A stretch of 63,869 nt of DNA, the filler included, from Octopus bimaculoides (Eukaryota): NCBI RefSeq assembly GCF_001194135.2. It is 6 parts of 6 records of this genome, joined end to end, with 100 filler letters (N's around TTAATTAATTAA, not from the genome) between each part and the next. Parts side by side here need not be neighbours in the genome. Positions count along the whole stretch, not along the records: positions 13,096 to 34,417 come from NC_068995.1; 5 more parts are not named here. One strand, given 5' to 3'. Position numbers and translations under genes: made by a program. The notes under the pieces are model-generated. The model did no database searches, was not told where the DNA came from, and saw only the letters and a list, made by a program, of their open reading frames with translations. Positions 13,688-26,149 of this stretch are shown piece after piece; positions within the stretch are counted from its first letter, which is position 1, and every line of letters begins with the position of its first letter.

Positions 13688-14690
13688 TTATAAACACGTC
13701 TTCAGTTGCTTGAGTTGTTTCTCTGCTGGTGTTTTCCTTGCAACATGCCTCCTCGACTTGTTTCCAGATGTCCGCCAAAACCTTTCTGATGTCCTCATTC
13801 TCTACGAGATCCACACGGGATTTCCAGTGCCTGAATTTGTTATGGTTTTCGGTCTTTTCATCATTCTCATCACAGAACAAATTGTCTTGGAGTTCAAAGA
13901 AAAAAGTCTTCAGCAAGCAAACACTGACAAAAAGCCCTTACTTCACCAAGCTAAACAGAAACAGATCGAAGAGGATGCTTTATCGTTCAAAAGTGACTTG
14001 ACGATCAGTGGCATCGAAGATGATGTCTCAAGGTTTAGAGAATACCATACACAGGATTCAGCTTCTGATATTGAAGAAAATTTTTCTGACAGTTCTTCAG
14101 AAGACTCTCACTCTCACCACCACCACCAACACCAACACCAGCACCACCATCACCACGACCAGAACATATCGAAAGGTCATTCCCAGTCTGTTCTACGTTC
14201 CATTCTTCTGACTGTTGCCCTCTCTTTGCACTCCATCTTTGAAGGTTTAGCAATTGGTTTAGCACGAAAAGAGTCTAACATTTTAACAATCACAAGTGCA
14301 ATCATTCTGCACAAGTGTACCCTCAGCCTCAGTTTGGGCATCAACTTGAGTCACAGCAAGCTGCATTATGGCAGTATTATCAGATCATTATTATTATTTT
14401 CCCTTGCAGCCCCTATTGGCATTAGTATTGGGATTCTGATAATTGATTTATGGGATTCTTTAACCTCAAGCCTCATCCAAGGCTTGCTTCAGGGCATCGC
14501 CTGTGGGACCTTTCTTTATATCACATTCTTCGAGATCTTCCCGAGTGAGTTCAATAACACCAAAGGTAGACGGCTTTGTAAAGTACTGTTTGTTTTGTTT
14601 GGTTTCAGTGTGGTTTGTATCATAATGTTCCTCAACGCTGAACCAGCAACTCCAATTGATCCTTGTTCTCATCCAAGATTACACCCTTGA
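13688..14690 (+). CDS. ZIP-family (SLC39A1/2/3-like, subfamily II) zinc transporter, large final coding exon
   Basis: Open frame YKHVFSCLSCFSAGVFLATCLLDLFPDV...ALSLHSIFEGLAIG (TM4)...ILHK (TM5)...GIACGTFLYITFFEI...stop TGA 14688-14690; His-rich cytoplasmic loop; polypyrimidine tract and acceptor tttcag ending at 13687 (phase 2). The first exon (TM1) was not found in the window. Confidence 0.93.
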
Positions 14691-14768
14691 CAATTTGACC
14701 AGAAAACAATCTCGTTTGCTCCCTTAAATCACAGCTATGGCACTAACCTGGATCAGATTACAGTACTG

Positions 14769-14804
<36 letters not shown>

Positions 14805-14908
14805 TATATTATATTATTTTGTGTAGCTCTATAAGAAACTATACAATGGAAATAACGAGGTGTTCTACAAATTTGTTGGAAGAAATTGATTTATTTATGT
14901 ATATACAT

Positions 14909-14964
<56 letters not shown>

Positions 14965-14976
14965 TGTGTGTGTATG

Positions 14977-15008
<32 letters not shown>

Positions 15009-16935
15009 TATAGTGTGTGTGTATGTATATATAGTTTGATACTGTATTTTATTGTTTTACAAGAATTCTCTGTTCATATTTCTTAAATCCTTTTTTTCAC
15101 TTTTTTTTGTTCTTTTAAATGAATTTTAAAACTGACATGAAGCTGCAAATCACAAAGCAGAAATATTGTCCAGCAACCAAAATTTTTAAAAACAAATTTA
15201 TATTTCAATCGGAAACCTCAAAATCCATGAATTAACCTTTGCTGTTGCTAGACTGGCATCGACCACTTCCTAAAAACAAGCACATTCATAAAATACATAT
15301 TTATTTTTGTATGAAGCAAAACCACCACTAGTAATATGAACAGTTTTGATTGCACATGTACAGAGTATATGCTTTGTTTATCTGCTGAATTTGCCGTGGG
15401 ATTGCATCCTGAGAAAGGTGCTTACACATACCAAGTGTTTAAGAATACCAGAATGTTAACGATCAAGTGAAAAATTCAAGGTATTCTTTAACACACACTG
15501 TGTATAGGGAGCTTTTCTGCTATCCCACGCCAAATTCGGCATATGAACAAAACACATACTGTATATATGTGATCGATAATATTTATTTTTGTTTTATTTT
15601 AATGCTTTTAGCAAAAGTGTGGTGAGGCGCATGGCTCAGTGGCTACAGTGTCGGGCTCACAATCATGAAGTAGTGAGTTCGATTCCTGGATCAGGCTGTG
15701 TTGTGTTCTTGAGCAAGACACTTTATTTTTCATGTTTCTCCAGTTCACTCATCTGTAGAAATGCGTTGCAATGCCACTGGTGTCAAAGCTGTGTCAGCCT
15801 TTGCCTTTCCCTTGGATAAAAGTCTATCGCTCAAGAGCATGAATGATCCTTTTAATACTTCTAACAGGTTCTGTCTAACAAAAAAAAGAAAAGGAAATAT
15901 GTCCAAAGTACTGTGTAGTAGGATTGAACCGGAAGCCATGTGATTGTTAAGTGAACTTGTTAACTACTTGGCCCCATTAAGCTGGTGGGCAACATCACCC
16001 ATGCTGTTGTTGGGGGTCTTTTGGGCTGAATAGAATTTATTGTTTGTTGTTGTTGAGTTCAACCATGACCATCCCGTCTTTATCTTTTACCTTTTACATG
16101 TTTCACTGCCGGGACACCACTTTGGAGAATCTTTACTCAAATGAATCGACCCCAGTACTTTTTTTTAGGCCTGGCACTTAACTCTATCAGTCATTTTTGC
16201 CAAACTGCTAAGTTACGAAGATATAAACACACCAACACTAGTTGTCACATGATGGTGGAGGACAAATGCAGACACAGACACAGACAAACATACATATTAG
16301 GGCCCTCTTTAAGTTCCTGTCTACCAAATCCACTCACAAGGTTTTGCTCGGCCCAAGGCTGTAGTAGAAGACACCTGTCTATGTTGCCATACAGTGGGAC
16401 TGAGCCCGGAACCATTTTGGTTTTTATCTACCTAGGACTATATTATCCAATGTGTCCTTTTCTTTTGCTTTTTTTTTTTTTCAAAATGGTTGAATTAGGC
16501 GAATATATTACTAAGGCATTGTTTCACAGTTGGATGTCCTTCCTGTTACTAACCTGTTTTAATAACAAATATTTATTTACAAATATTTTAATAACAAATA
16601 AATAAAAGGTGTAATTTGAATGATATTCAAAAGCTGTTATTTCTGGCAAGTCGAGCAACCATACAGAGGCATACTTGTTTAGCTTTATTAATAAAAGTTA
16701 TCAGTATTTCAGTAAATAGTCTCTCACCTTCACACCTACCTGTACCTCTCTTATTACACTTCTCTGACCCTCATTTTCTGCTCCACCCCCAACTTTGTTT
16801 AAAAAATGGTAAATAAATATGAAATATGTAATTTATAAGTTATAAAATATTTCTATTGCGTTTTATATATTTTTAAAAATATTTATTTAATGGTGGATTA
16901 GTTTAAATGCACAAACACAGGAAGACAGACAGTAA

Positions 16936-16968
<33 letters not shown>

Positions 16969-17124
16969 TCTCATGCATATGTTGATACACATACAAACAT
17001 ACATTAATACATGCAAACACACATACACTGAGACACATGCAAACTTACAATTGATAGACATACATAGTTACATACAGTGATCTTCATACTTACATAGTAA
17101 ACACACACACACACATACACACAC

Positions 17125-17810
17125 ATATGTACACACATGCATATGTGAAAAGTTGTTTGTGCACCTGTTTGTTTCTATTGTGCCAAAATTTGAAACTCCT
17201 CCTCCTCCTCCTCCTCGTCGCTTGGTCTTGTTTGCTCTGGCTGATTCTTAAAGAGCAGACAGCAGCCTGTTGTCACGGAGGTCTCTTTCCACAAATTATA
17301 TGCTTTGATAATTGGATTTAATTATCATGGGAGACATTCAACATCCAAATACCAATCTCAAATTCCTAGCTGTCCCCAGCAGAGCAGTTTTTTTGGGGGG
17401 CTTGCTCTACTCTCATGTCAATTCCGATTTCTTTGACATATTTCTCAAACTTAGTTGTTGGTGCTCCGAGTGCCCCTACAACTACTGGAATGACAGATAC
17501 TCTCCCCATAGTCCACATTCTTGCAATTTTGTCTTTTAGTACTATATGCTTTTCAATCTTTTCTAGTTCTTTGTCACTTATGCGTGCATCCCCAGGTATT
17601 ACAATATCTATAATCTTCGTTTCCTTTCTTCCGTTATCTACCACAGCAATGTCTGGTCTCCGAGCATTGCTTAGGGAGTCACAGTGGATTGTAAAATCCC
17701 ACAATATTTTATATTCATTGTTCTCTGTGATTCCTTCTGGTTCATGTTCATATCATTTCCATGCTCTGTCCAGGCTGTACTTTTTACATAATCTCTATTA
17801 TTATTATTAT
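17125..17810 (-). mobile_element. RLE-type retrotransposon 3' end
   Basis: WDFTIHCDSLSNARRPDIAVVD...IIDIVIPGD...KELEKIEKH...VIPVVVGALGA (PD...D...K endonuclease). Confidence 0.88.
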
Positions 17811-17820
17811 TATTATTATT

Positions 17821-18493
17821 GAGGCAAAATTGTTGGTGCTTCAAACAAAATGCCACTAAACATTTTGTCTGTCTTTTGCATTCCAAGTTCAAATTCCACT
17901 GAGGTTAGCTTTGCCTGTCATTCTTTCAGGGTCAATTAAATAAATACCAATTGAATACTGGGGTTGATGTCATCAACTTACCCCTCCTCAAAACTGCTGG
18001 CCTTGTTCCAAAATTTGAAATCATCATCATTATTATTATCATTAAGATAACGAGCTAGCACAATCATTAGCCCACTGGACAAGATGCATAGTGGCATTTT
18101 GTCTCTCTTTGCATTCCGAGTTCAAATTCCACTGAGGTTGACTTTACCTTTTGCCCTTTCGGGGTTGATGAAATAAATACCAGTTGAGCACTGGGGTCCT
18201 TGATATTGACTTACCCTGTCCCTTAAAATTGCTGGCCTTGTACCAACACTTGAAACCATTATTGGCGAGCTGGCAGAATCATTTGTATGCTGGTCAAAAT
18301 GCTTAGCACCATCTAAGTTCTACGTTCAAATTCTGCCAAGGTTGACTTTGCCTTTCATCCTTTTGAGAGTGCGGTGGGTTTGATAAAATAAGTACCAGTT
18401 GCGCACTGGGGGTTAATGTAATTGATTTATCCCCTCCTTTGAAATATGTGTGTGTGCCAAAATTTGAAATCATTATTATTATGATCATTATTA

Positions 18494-18542
<49 letters not shown>

Positions 18543-18755
18543 GGCAATGGGCTGGCAGAACTGTTAGCATGCCGGGGAAAATGCTTAGTGGTATTTCTTC
18601 TGTCATCACGTTCTGAGTTCAAATGCCGTTGGGGTCGACTTTGCTTTCATTCCTTTTGGGGGTCGATAAATTAAATACCAGTTATGCACTGAGGTCAGTG
18701 TAATTGACTCGTCCCCTCCCAAAAAATGTCAGGCCTTGTGTCTATAATAAGAAGG
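17821..18755 (+). mobile_element. Four head-to-tail SINE copies (family C) separated by (ATT)n
   Basis: Repeated ggcgagctggcagaa...gttcaaatt...gttgactttgcctttcatcc...ggggtcgat...ccaaaatttgaa units; same family at ~57470-57705 (-), 51120-51290 (-), 32620-32700 (+). Confidence 0.8.
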
Positions 18756-18762
18756 ATTATTA

Positions 18763-18797
<35 letters not shown>

Positions 18798-19615
18798 GTT
18801 ACTCTCTTGTCTTTGAAGGCTTTTTGTCTTTGGACTTATTTCAACCATATTCCATTTTATACTCTCACCTCCAGTGCCTTCTTTTCACTTCGTCCTTGCA
18901 GGATAAAAAAATACAAAAAAAAAAAAATGAACAAAGACATTTATTTTTGAAATATGGAAATATAAGATCAAGTGAGAAATATGAATTATCTCTTCCTGCC
19001 AATAAAAGACATTTTGGTTATTTCTTTTATATTTACAATAAGGTGAAAATGTTATCATCTGTTGAAGTTTACCAGGCATGCTGTTGATTACTGACAAAGT
19101 TTTGTTTTCTATAAATTCTCTCACATATATTAATACTATGTTCAAAATGTTATGAAACAGCTGTAATCATATGGAAGTCATTTCAGAAACATGTCCTGAC
19201 TTTATGCTTTATTTACTCCTCACTGATAATTTACTGCTCGAATTTTTTTGATTTTCAGTTACACGGACACATTATATTACACTGCATTGTAATTGAATAT
19301 TATGTAGACTGATAGCCTATTCCAAATGAGGAGCTTACTGTGATAGCCACAAGATTCTCTGAATCCATATTATATATTATATATATGGTTTTTTGAGTGT
19401 AGCTCAATGAATAAACTTGCATCTGTTTAAACTGTTCATAGATTCTGTTGAAATGGATTAAAGTTGTCTGTTTGACTGACAACACTAGTAAACTATATCT
19501 CCATTCTTCTTATTGTGTTAAATGCATAGTTGAATATTGATTAGCCTAACAAGCCTTTTGACTGGTAACCCATCTCTCTCACTCTCCCCCACTCTCTCTC
19601 TCTATCTCACACATA

Positions 19616-21058
19616 CCGTATATACCGCCGTACTGGATGGAATTTGAACTTTAAAAATATCACCCCCAAACTAAGGCTTATCTTATACACCCCGTATAAA
19701 ATCTGAACCTTAACTTCCTGTGATTTGGAGTAACACCAACGTCAATGGAGGACAGTATAAAGCGCTTGCATGAATCCTGTGGTTCTACAGCACAGTATTT
19801 TCTACTGATACATGTATGTTTGGAAAGCTGAATTAATAGTAAGATTATATTAAAATAACTGCATGGTAAACTTAGTGGACAGTCACCATTTGCAACAGCT
19901 GACAAACAAAATGTAGACAATCAGCCCATTCAACTAGACCCCAGGGTCTGTTCTGTTTACACTGCTTCATTAGAGCACTCTCTCATACAGTGCTCAGCCA
20001 GCCGAGGGCTTTCAGGACAAGTGTAGATTATAGTAACAAACCTATGTACTGGTACCTTCTGTGACTGGCCAGTTCGTGTCAGTTAGACCAATAACAATAA
20101 ACCTTAGAGTTACCGATTACTAGTTTCTTGAAAAGGCTCAAGTTGTCAGTCTTTCATAAGCTGCAGCACTCTCACTGGGTGACCACTAATTTCCAGCAAC
20201 TGTAAAATACCCCCCACTCATGGCCCCCAAGTGAGAAATGAAGGAAATATGAAGCTGGTTTTAAGCTGAAAGTGATGGCATAGGCCAAGTCCCACAACGA
20301 CTGTACTGCTGGTGTAACTAAGAAGATGGTAAGAGTTTGGAGATTAAAGGAAGACTTATCCAGAAGTATGCCCCAGGACAAAATGTGCAGTGAGAGGAGG
20401 CACTTCACTCCGGCCAATTCTCGAGAACCATGTAGCATACATGGTTCATGAGCAACGTCAAAATGGCTACGTTGTTTCAAGACCAATAGTCTTCTGAAAC
20501 CTGACAAAATTTACAAATTAAAGAAAATACTAGCAGTGTACTTTATAACAACATTTCTAATATATTACACTATTAATATTATACATACCATCTGTAAATC
20601 CATTTAAAGTAAATGATGTTATTATGGTATACATGACACCATGTTCTTGTAAAATAACTGATGACTAAGTAATGTCACGACAGTAGTATTTACACCAGCC
20701 ACATACATTTGATGTGTATTATAGAAGTTAATTTACAATATTCAGTCACTTTTTGAAAAGAACTGGATAAATTTTAAACAACCAAGACTGTAGAATTGTT
20801 GCATACAAAATTTACTGATTGAAACATAGTTAATACGCTATTGAAATACAAGAAAAACAGAGGCTTGAGGGGCCACTGGGGAAGCTACAATTCACCTAGC
20901 TCCTTTAGCTATGAACCTCACACCTTTGGTGCTTAGGCTATTTTCCACGAAAACTTGGGGTAGTCTTATTCAGCAAGTATAGCTCAAAACCCACATTTAA
21001 ATGGAAATCCTGGGGGTCGTCCTGTACATCCAGTCGTAATATATGCCGGCATATATGG
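19616..21058 (+). mobile_element. pogo-like DNA transposon, internally deleted
   Basis: TA then CCGTATATACCGCCGTA vs right-end reverse complement CCATATATGCCGGCATA (13/17 identity); N-terminal HTH remnant RKYEAGFKLKVMA*AKSHN...GVTKKMVRVWRLKEDLSRSMP at ~20242-20420. Confidence 0.72.
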
Positions 21059-21370
21059 TTTATGTATATATCTATATCTATCTGCTTACTAAATCCCTTG
21101 GGCAGAGTTTCTCAACCTTTTTTTGTTCCACATCCCACTTCAGTAATCCAAGAAAAGAAAGTGCATCCCATGGACAAAGTTTATAACACACACACGTAGT
21201 ACTTGCAACTGACTTTGAGAAACAATGCCCTAGGGGTTATATATAACTTGTACTTCAAAAGGAGAAATTCTCAAGATAACAAGATAGTAAAAAAATTTAG
21301 TTTCCCCCAACAAAAATCTCATATTTCCAATTTTTTTATGTATACAAGATCTGAACATTTTCACATACAT

Positions 21371-21425
<55 letters not shown>

Positions 21426-21835
21426 TACACGCATGTGTGCACACACATACACGCATGTGCACACACACACACAAATTCTCTCTCTCTTATCTGCATGTGT
21501 ACATGGACACACATATAAACATATACAATCAAATGTATATCATGAAACCTATCCAGATTTTATTGTTGTATAATTTTTAAATAAAGTATTACTGAGTTTA
21601 TCAGTTATTGCTAAGGTTCTTTTACAATCTACTGCCAAGCACATGAACAGTGTAACCATCAATTCATCCTGATGATCAGGCTGAGATGGTCTTGATATAT
21701 TTCTAGACTAACGGATCTAGGAATGTTATTGTTCCAAAACAAGCATAAGGGACAAATAAAGAAACTAAAAAAGTCTTTAATAAAAAAAAAATTAAACCTT
21801 ATTCTTGTTGTGTTTTTAATAATACATGTGATATA

Positions 21836-22993
21836 TATGCATAGAAGGTGTTCCAGGATTAGTTCTGTAGCGTGCCAAAAGATGGCAGCACATGGGTGCA
21901 TGTGCAGTGAGAATTAGCAGTAACCTCCATGAAATAGTGTGCCAAGTGACATCGTTATGTTTACTTTGCAAGTTGTGAAATTTGTGTTTTTGTGATCATG
22001 GGTAGGCTGTAAGTCTGCGATTTTGTCATGGACAGGAATAAAGAGCCATTGTGAAATTTGTGTTAAACTTAGGAAGTCTGCTACAGAGACATTGAGCATG
22101 CTTCAGTAAGCTTACGGCGACAAGGCAGTGGGTTGTATGCAATGTTTTGAATGACACAGGCACTTCAAAATGTGAAGAATGTCCCTGGAAGACCTGCCAT
22201 GAATGTCACTCCTAGAAATATGGTATTGTACATCAAGAATTCATCCCCCAGGGCCAGACCATCAGTCGGGAGTTCTTCCGCAATGTTTCGAAGCATTTGA
22301 GGGAGGACATTTGACGAAAGCAACTGGATCTGTGGGGCACGAAGAATTGGATTCTTCACCGAGCTCTCTTCACTTGGGAGTTTCTCACCAAAAACAACAG
22401 GGTGTCACTTCTGCATCCACCCTGTTCACCAGATTTAGAACTTGCAGACTTCCATCTTATTCCCAAGATGAAAATGTGGCTCAGAAGTTGCCATTTAAAC
22501 ACTGTTACTGAGAGCGAGAGCAAATCGCATAGAACAGGGGTTTTCAAACTTTTTGACTTGTGGACCCCTTTATATTTCAGGCTTTACCTTAGGGACCCCC
22601 TTATAAATGCTTATGAAATTTATACATAAATATTTGCTTAAAATAACATATATTTTTACATTTATTTATTTAACAAATAGGTTTATTGTCAATTAAAAGA
22701 TTTCGATTAAAAAACACGTATAAAATCAAATTGCCCATAAAAAGTATTTGCTGTCCACGGACCCCCTGTCTTGTCCTTGCGGACCACAGTTTGAAAACCC
22801 CTGGCATAGAACGTCCTCGACTCACTTACAGAAAACGACTTCCAGGCCGGATACCAAAAGTGGCAGGTATGCTGGGATTGGTGTATTGTTGCGCAAGGTA
22901 ACCATTTCGAAGGAGATGTTGTTAAAACTTAGGTAAATAAGTTATTTTTTATTAAACATGACTAGTCCAGGAACCTTTTGATATCACCTCATA
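21836..22993 (+). mobile_element. Mariner DNA transposon remnant interrupted by a hAT MITE
   Basis: HPPCSPDLELADFHLIPKMK (YSPDLAP motif) and VLDSLTENDFQAGYQKWQVCWDWCIVAQGNHFEGD; right TIR ctagtccaggaaccttttgatatcacctcata. Confidence 0.85.
22535..22803. mobile_element. hAT-type MITE
   Basis: TIR caggggttttcaaact / agtttgaaaacccctg; exact 8-bp TSD GCATAGAA (22527-22534, 22804-22811). Confidence 0.92.
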
Positions 22994-25249
22994 TAAAACA
23001 GTGTAGCTTGCTGTTAGGCTTTAGTTTGTCTTCTCACATACTTGCATTAAGAAGAAGAGAAACAATATTGTAATAAAGCTTTATTATTTTTCCTTGTGTA
23101 TATGTCTTTTATCTTTTGTTTGTTTCAGTCATTAGAGTGTGGCCATGCTGGGGCACTATCTTGAAGAGTTTTTTAGTTGATTGAATCCACCCTAGTATTC
23201 TTATGTCAAAGCCTGGTATTTATTCTATTGGTCCCTTTTACTGGTTTGTAAACGCACCAACATCAGATGTCAAACATTGGTGGGGGACGAATACATACAC
23301 ACTCTGATCACAAGCATAATAATGGTAGTTTTGACTTTTAGAGTCCCTCCTAGTGTGAGGCATTTATGTATAGTAATGCCCTTAATATAACTAAATATAT
23401 TTATAGGGAATAATTAATAAATTTTTCCCTTATGAGGTTTTTTCACGCTAACTACTTGATAAATTCTTATGAAGATTTTATCCTACATTTGAATTGTATA
23501 TATATATATATATACACACACACATAGATATGTGTGTATATATATATATATATAAAGAGAGAGAGAGATGGGTATATAAAGTAGCTGAAAACTGATCGTG
23601 CTGTTCATAAGTAAATACAGTCATGTGTCATTCCCAGCATGTTATATAATTAGATAATAGTCAAACGGAAAAGTAGGTCGACTAAGTTACACATTCAAAT
23701 TCAAATAACAAACGCTTTTGAGTTCGTAGTTATTGTTGCTGTGGTTATTGCTAAATAGTTATTGTTGTTGCTATTGCTAAATAGCTAGCTGGTAAATATT
23801 AAAGTCAAACAAAAAAGGGTGGGGAAAGCCTTTGCTGTATTTATTCTGGTTATTTTCATTGTGAGTTCAAATCCTGCAGAGGTTGACTTTGCCTTTCATC
23901 ATTTTGTTATTGATGGAATCTTTTCAGTTTGGTTGCTCCTGTGGAAATTTCAAAGTTTAGTGAAAATTTGGTGTATTGATGTAATTTTCCACACTGAATC
24001 TCAGGAGATATTTCACTCTTTCCCAGAAAGTTTCTTTTTGAAAAGTTACAGAGGTTTAAAGTTCGATCATTTTTACCCAGTCAGAAATCAGGATTTAGAA
24101 GCTGGCATTTTGTGTGTGACAGCAAGTATTGTCAATTATAAACTAATGGAATATTGGTGGAATTCTACTTTACGCATGCCATACAACCCCTTGTAGCTTT
24201 TATATTTTTTGGACTTTTCAGAAAATTACTGCATATTTGTATTCTATACACAGGAATTCATACGTTTGTGCAAAAACCAAAACAAAAAATCTGGGTGTGT
24301 GAGATTTAAGGCCTATTTAGCTGTTATTTTTAGCTCAACTCATGAACACCTCTATGAGTAGAACATATTTGTCAATGCATGCTACCTCGCAGACAAAAGA
24401 GTTCTCATAAAAATAAAGAACCAGGATTTGTTAGTATCAACTAACCAACCCTAAATCTCAAAATTTCTGGCCTTGAGCTGAAATTAGAAACCATAATTGT
24501 TGTTTTTTAGCCACTGGTCAATTACACTGTGTAACATGATTTTTGTCCTTGGGTGGCAACTGTTATTTCCTATTTGCTTTGCTCTAGACAGTATGAAAAA
24601 TGGCTTATATTTCTTTCAAACTTTACTTTTGTTACATTTACTCAAATCCCAAAGAATTCCTCTCAACACGTAACTATGATGTTCCCCAACTACTCCTGCT
24701 CATGATCAGAGAGGCACATATATTGTCAGCCACTAACGAACATGCTCAAGTGGTTAAGGTCAAGCAACTGACAAACAAATATGTGGTATTAATTAAATAG
24801 AATATTTGCTATAACAATATTTCTGCTTCAGCAACTCAGCACTGAATCTGTCTGAAATGTAATGGAAAATAGGTCAGTTTCAAAACATAGATGTCAAGGT
24901 AATAAAAGCAAAATGTTTGAAAGGAATAATAGTCATTTCTTTTTGATTTCTTGATAGAGGCAAATGAGAAATAACACTGATCAAAGTGAAAAATAAAAAT
25001 TAAAATGTTACTCAGTATATTGGACCAGAAATATAGAAACAAAAGACTGCACAGATATAACTGACAGAGTACCAGTTTATTGACTGATGAAATGGTAGTT
25101 TTCTTTAGAACAATTTTAAATATGGAATAATTTTTAATATAAAATAAGTACAACAGATCTCGGATATTTTAAGGTATGATATTTGGTAAAATAATTTTAT
25201 CTCAGTAATTGGGAAAAAATAGTGTAATATGTATAAAACAACGTGTAGC

Positions 25250-25334
25250 GCGCTGACGAACGGGGTGGGGGGACTTAGAAAATTCACATCGGGAATGTTT
25301 CGAATCCTCTCACCACTTCCCCGTTCGTCGGCGC
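25250..25334. promoter_or_regulatory. CpG-rich hairpin / putative promoter-proximal element
   Basis: gcgctgacgaacgggg ... ccccgttcgtcggcgc (16 bp, one G-U) with inner pairing; GGAAGTG ETS-like site and ATG...gtgaga donor on the minus strand. Confidence 0.45.
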
Positions 25335-26149
25335 AACATTTTCTTCATATTCGTTTACTACACATTATTTTACACCTATTACACTATTTCGTAAATCAAT
25401 GTTCTCTTCTTCTAAATCCCCCCACCCAAAAAAAAACACATCTGTTTTATATAAATGAACAAGCTGTTTGTACATTCACAAATTTTATTTCACAAGTTCA
25501 AGAAACGAAATAAAGCGCTAATAATAATGAAGAAATAAAAAGATTTTTTCCCAAACTTCTGACGACTTTTTTTCTCAATATATAAAAGTTTTTCTTCTTT
25601 TCAAGGCCAAAGCCAGCTCTCTCATTCATCGCTAGTCGTTGTAAACACATTTGACCTCTGCTGACCCCAAGGGTGTGAAGTTACTTTTGACTCCTTATTG
25701 TATAGGAATGCGATGACCCATTGTTGAACTTATTTACAGAGCTGTGGAATTCGGTCTATTCACCAGGCTGCTTCTCTTCCCTCAACTAATTCTCTCAACT
25801 AATTATGATTATCTCAAGACAAAAGTTGAAACTAAACAACATTTAATACCTCACAGTGGTTGTAGCAAAGGTGGCAGATTTAAATAGATGACGGTTATAC
25901 TGTCACCATGACTACAAAGGTTACCCATATCGATACAGATCAAGACACTATTCGTGGCAACTAACGATGAGCAATGCTGTAAAAGCAAGGTTAAAGGAAC
26001 TGTAACGGTATTAATGGCGGAGTCGGCAATAGTGGCAGAGATAACAACCGTCTCTACATCTGCCACAATAGAGGACTCAATACTGATAATTTTAATGTAG
26101 CACAAATGTGTCTAACGAGACAAAAAGGAAAACTACAATAGTACACCAA

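Noticed and set aside
19680-20500. GC-richer island as a possible lncRNA, telomerase RNA or exon
   Set aside because: No CTAACCCT template; explained by the pogo remnant.
21839-21846. Third GCATAGAA copy at the mariner left end, matching the hAT TSD
   Set aside because: An 8-mer match is expected by chance in a window this size.
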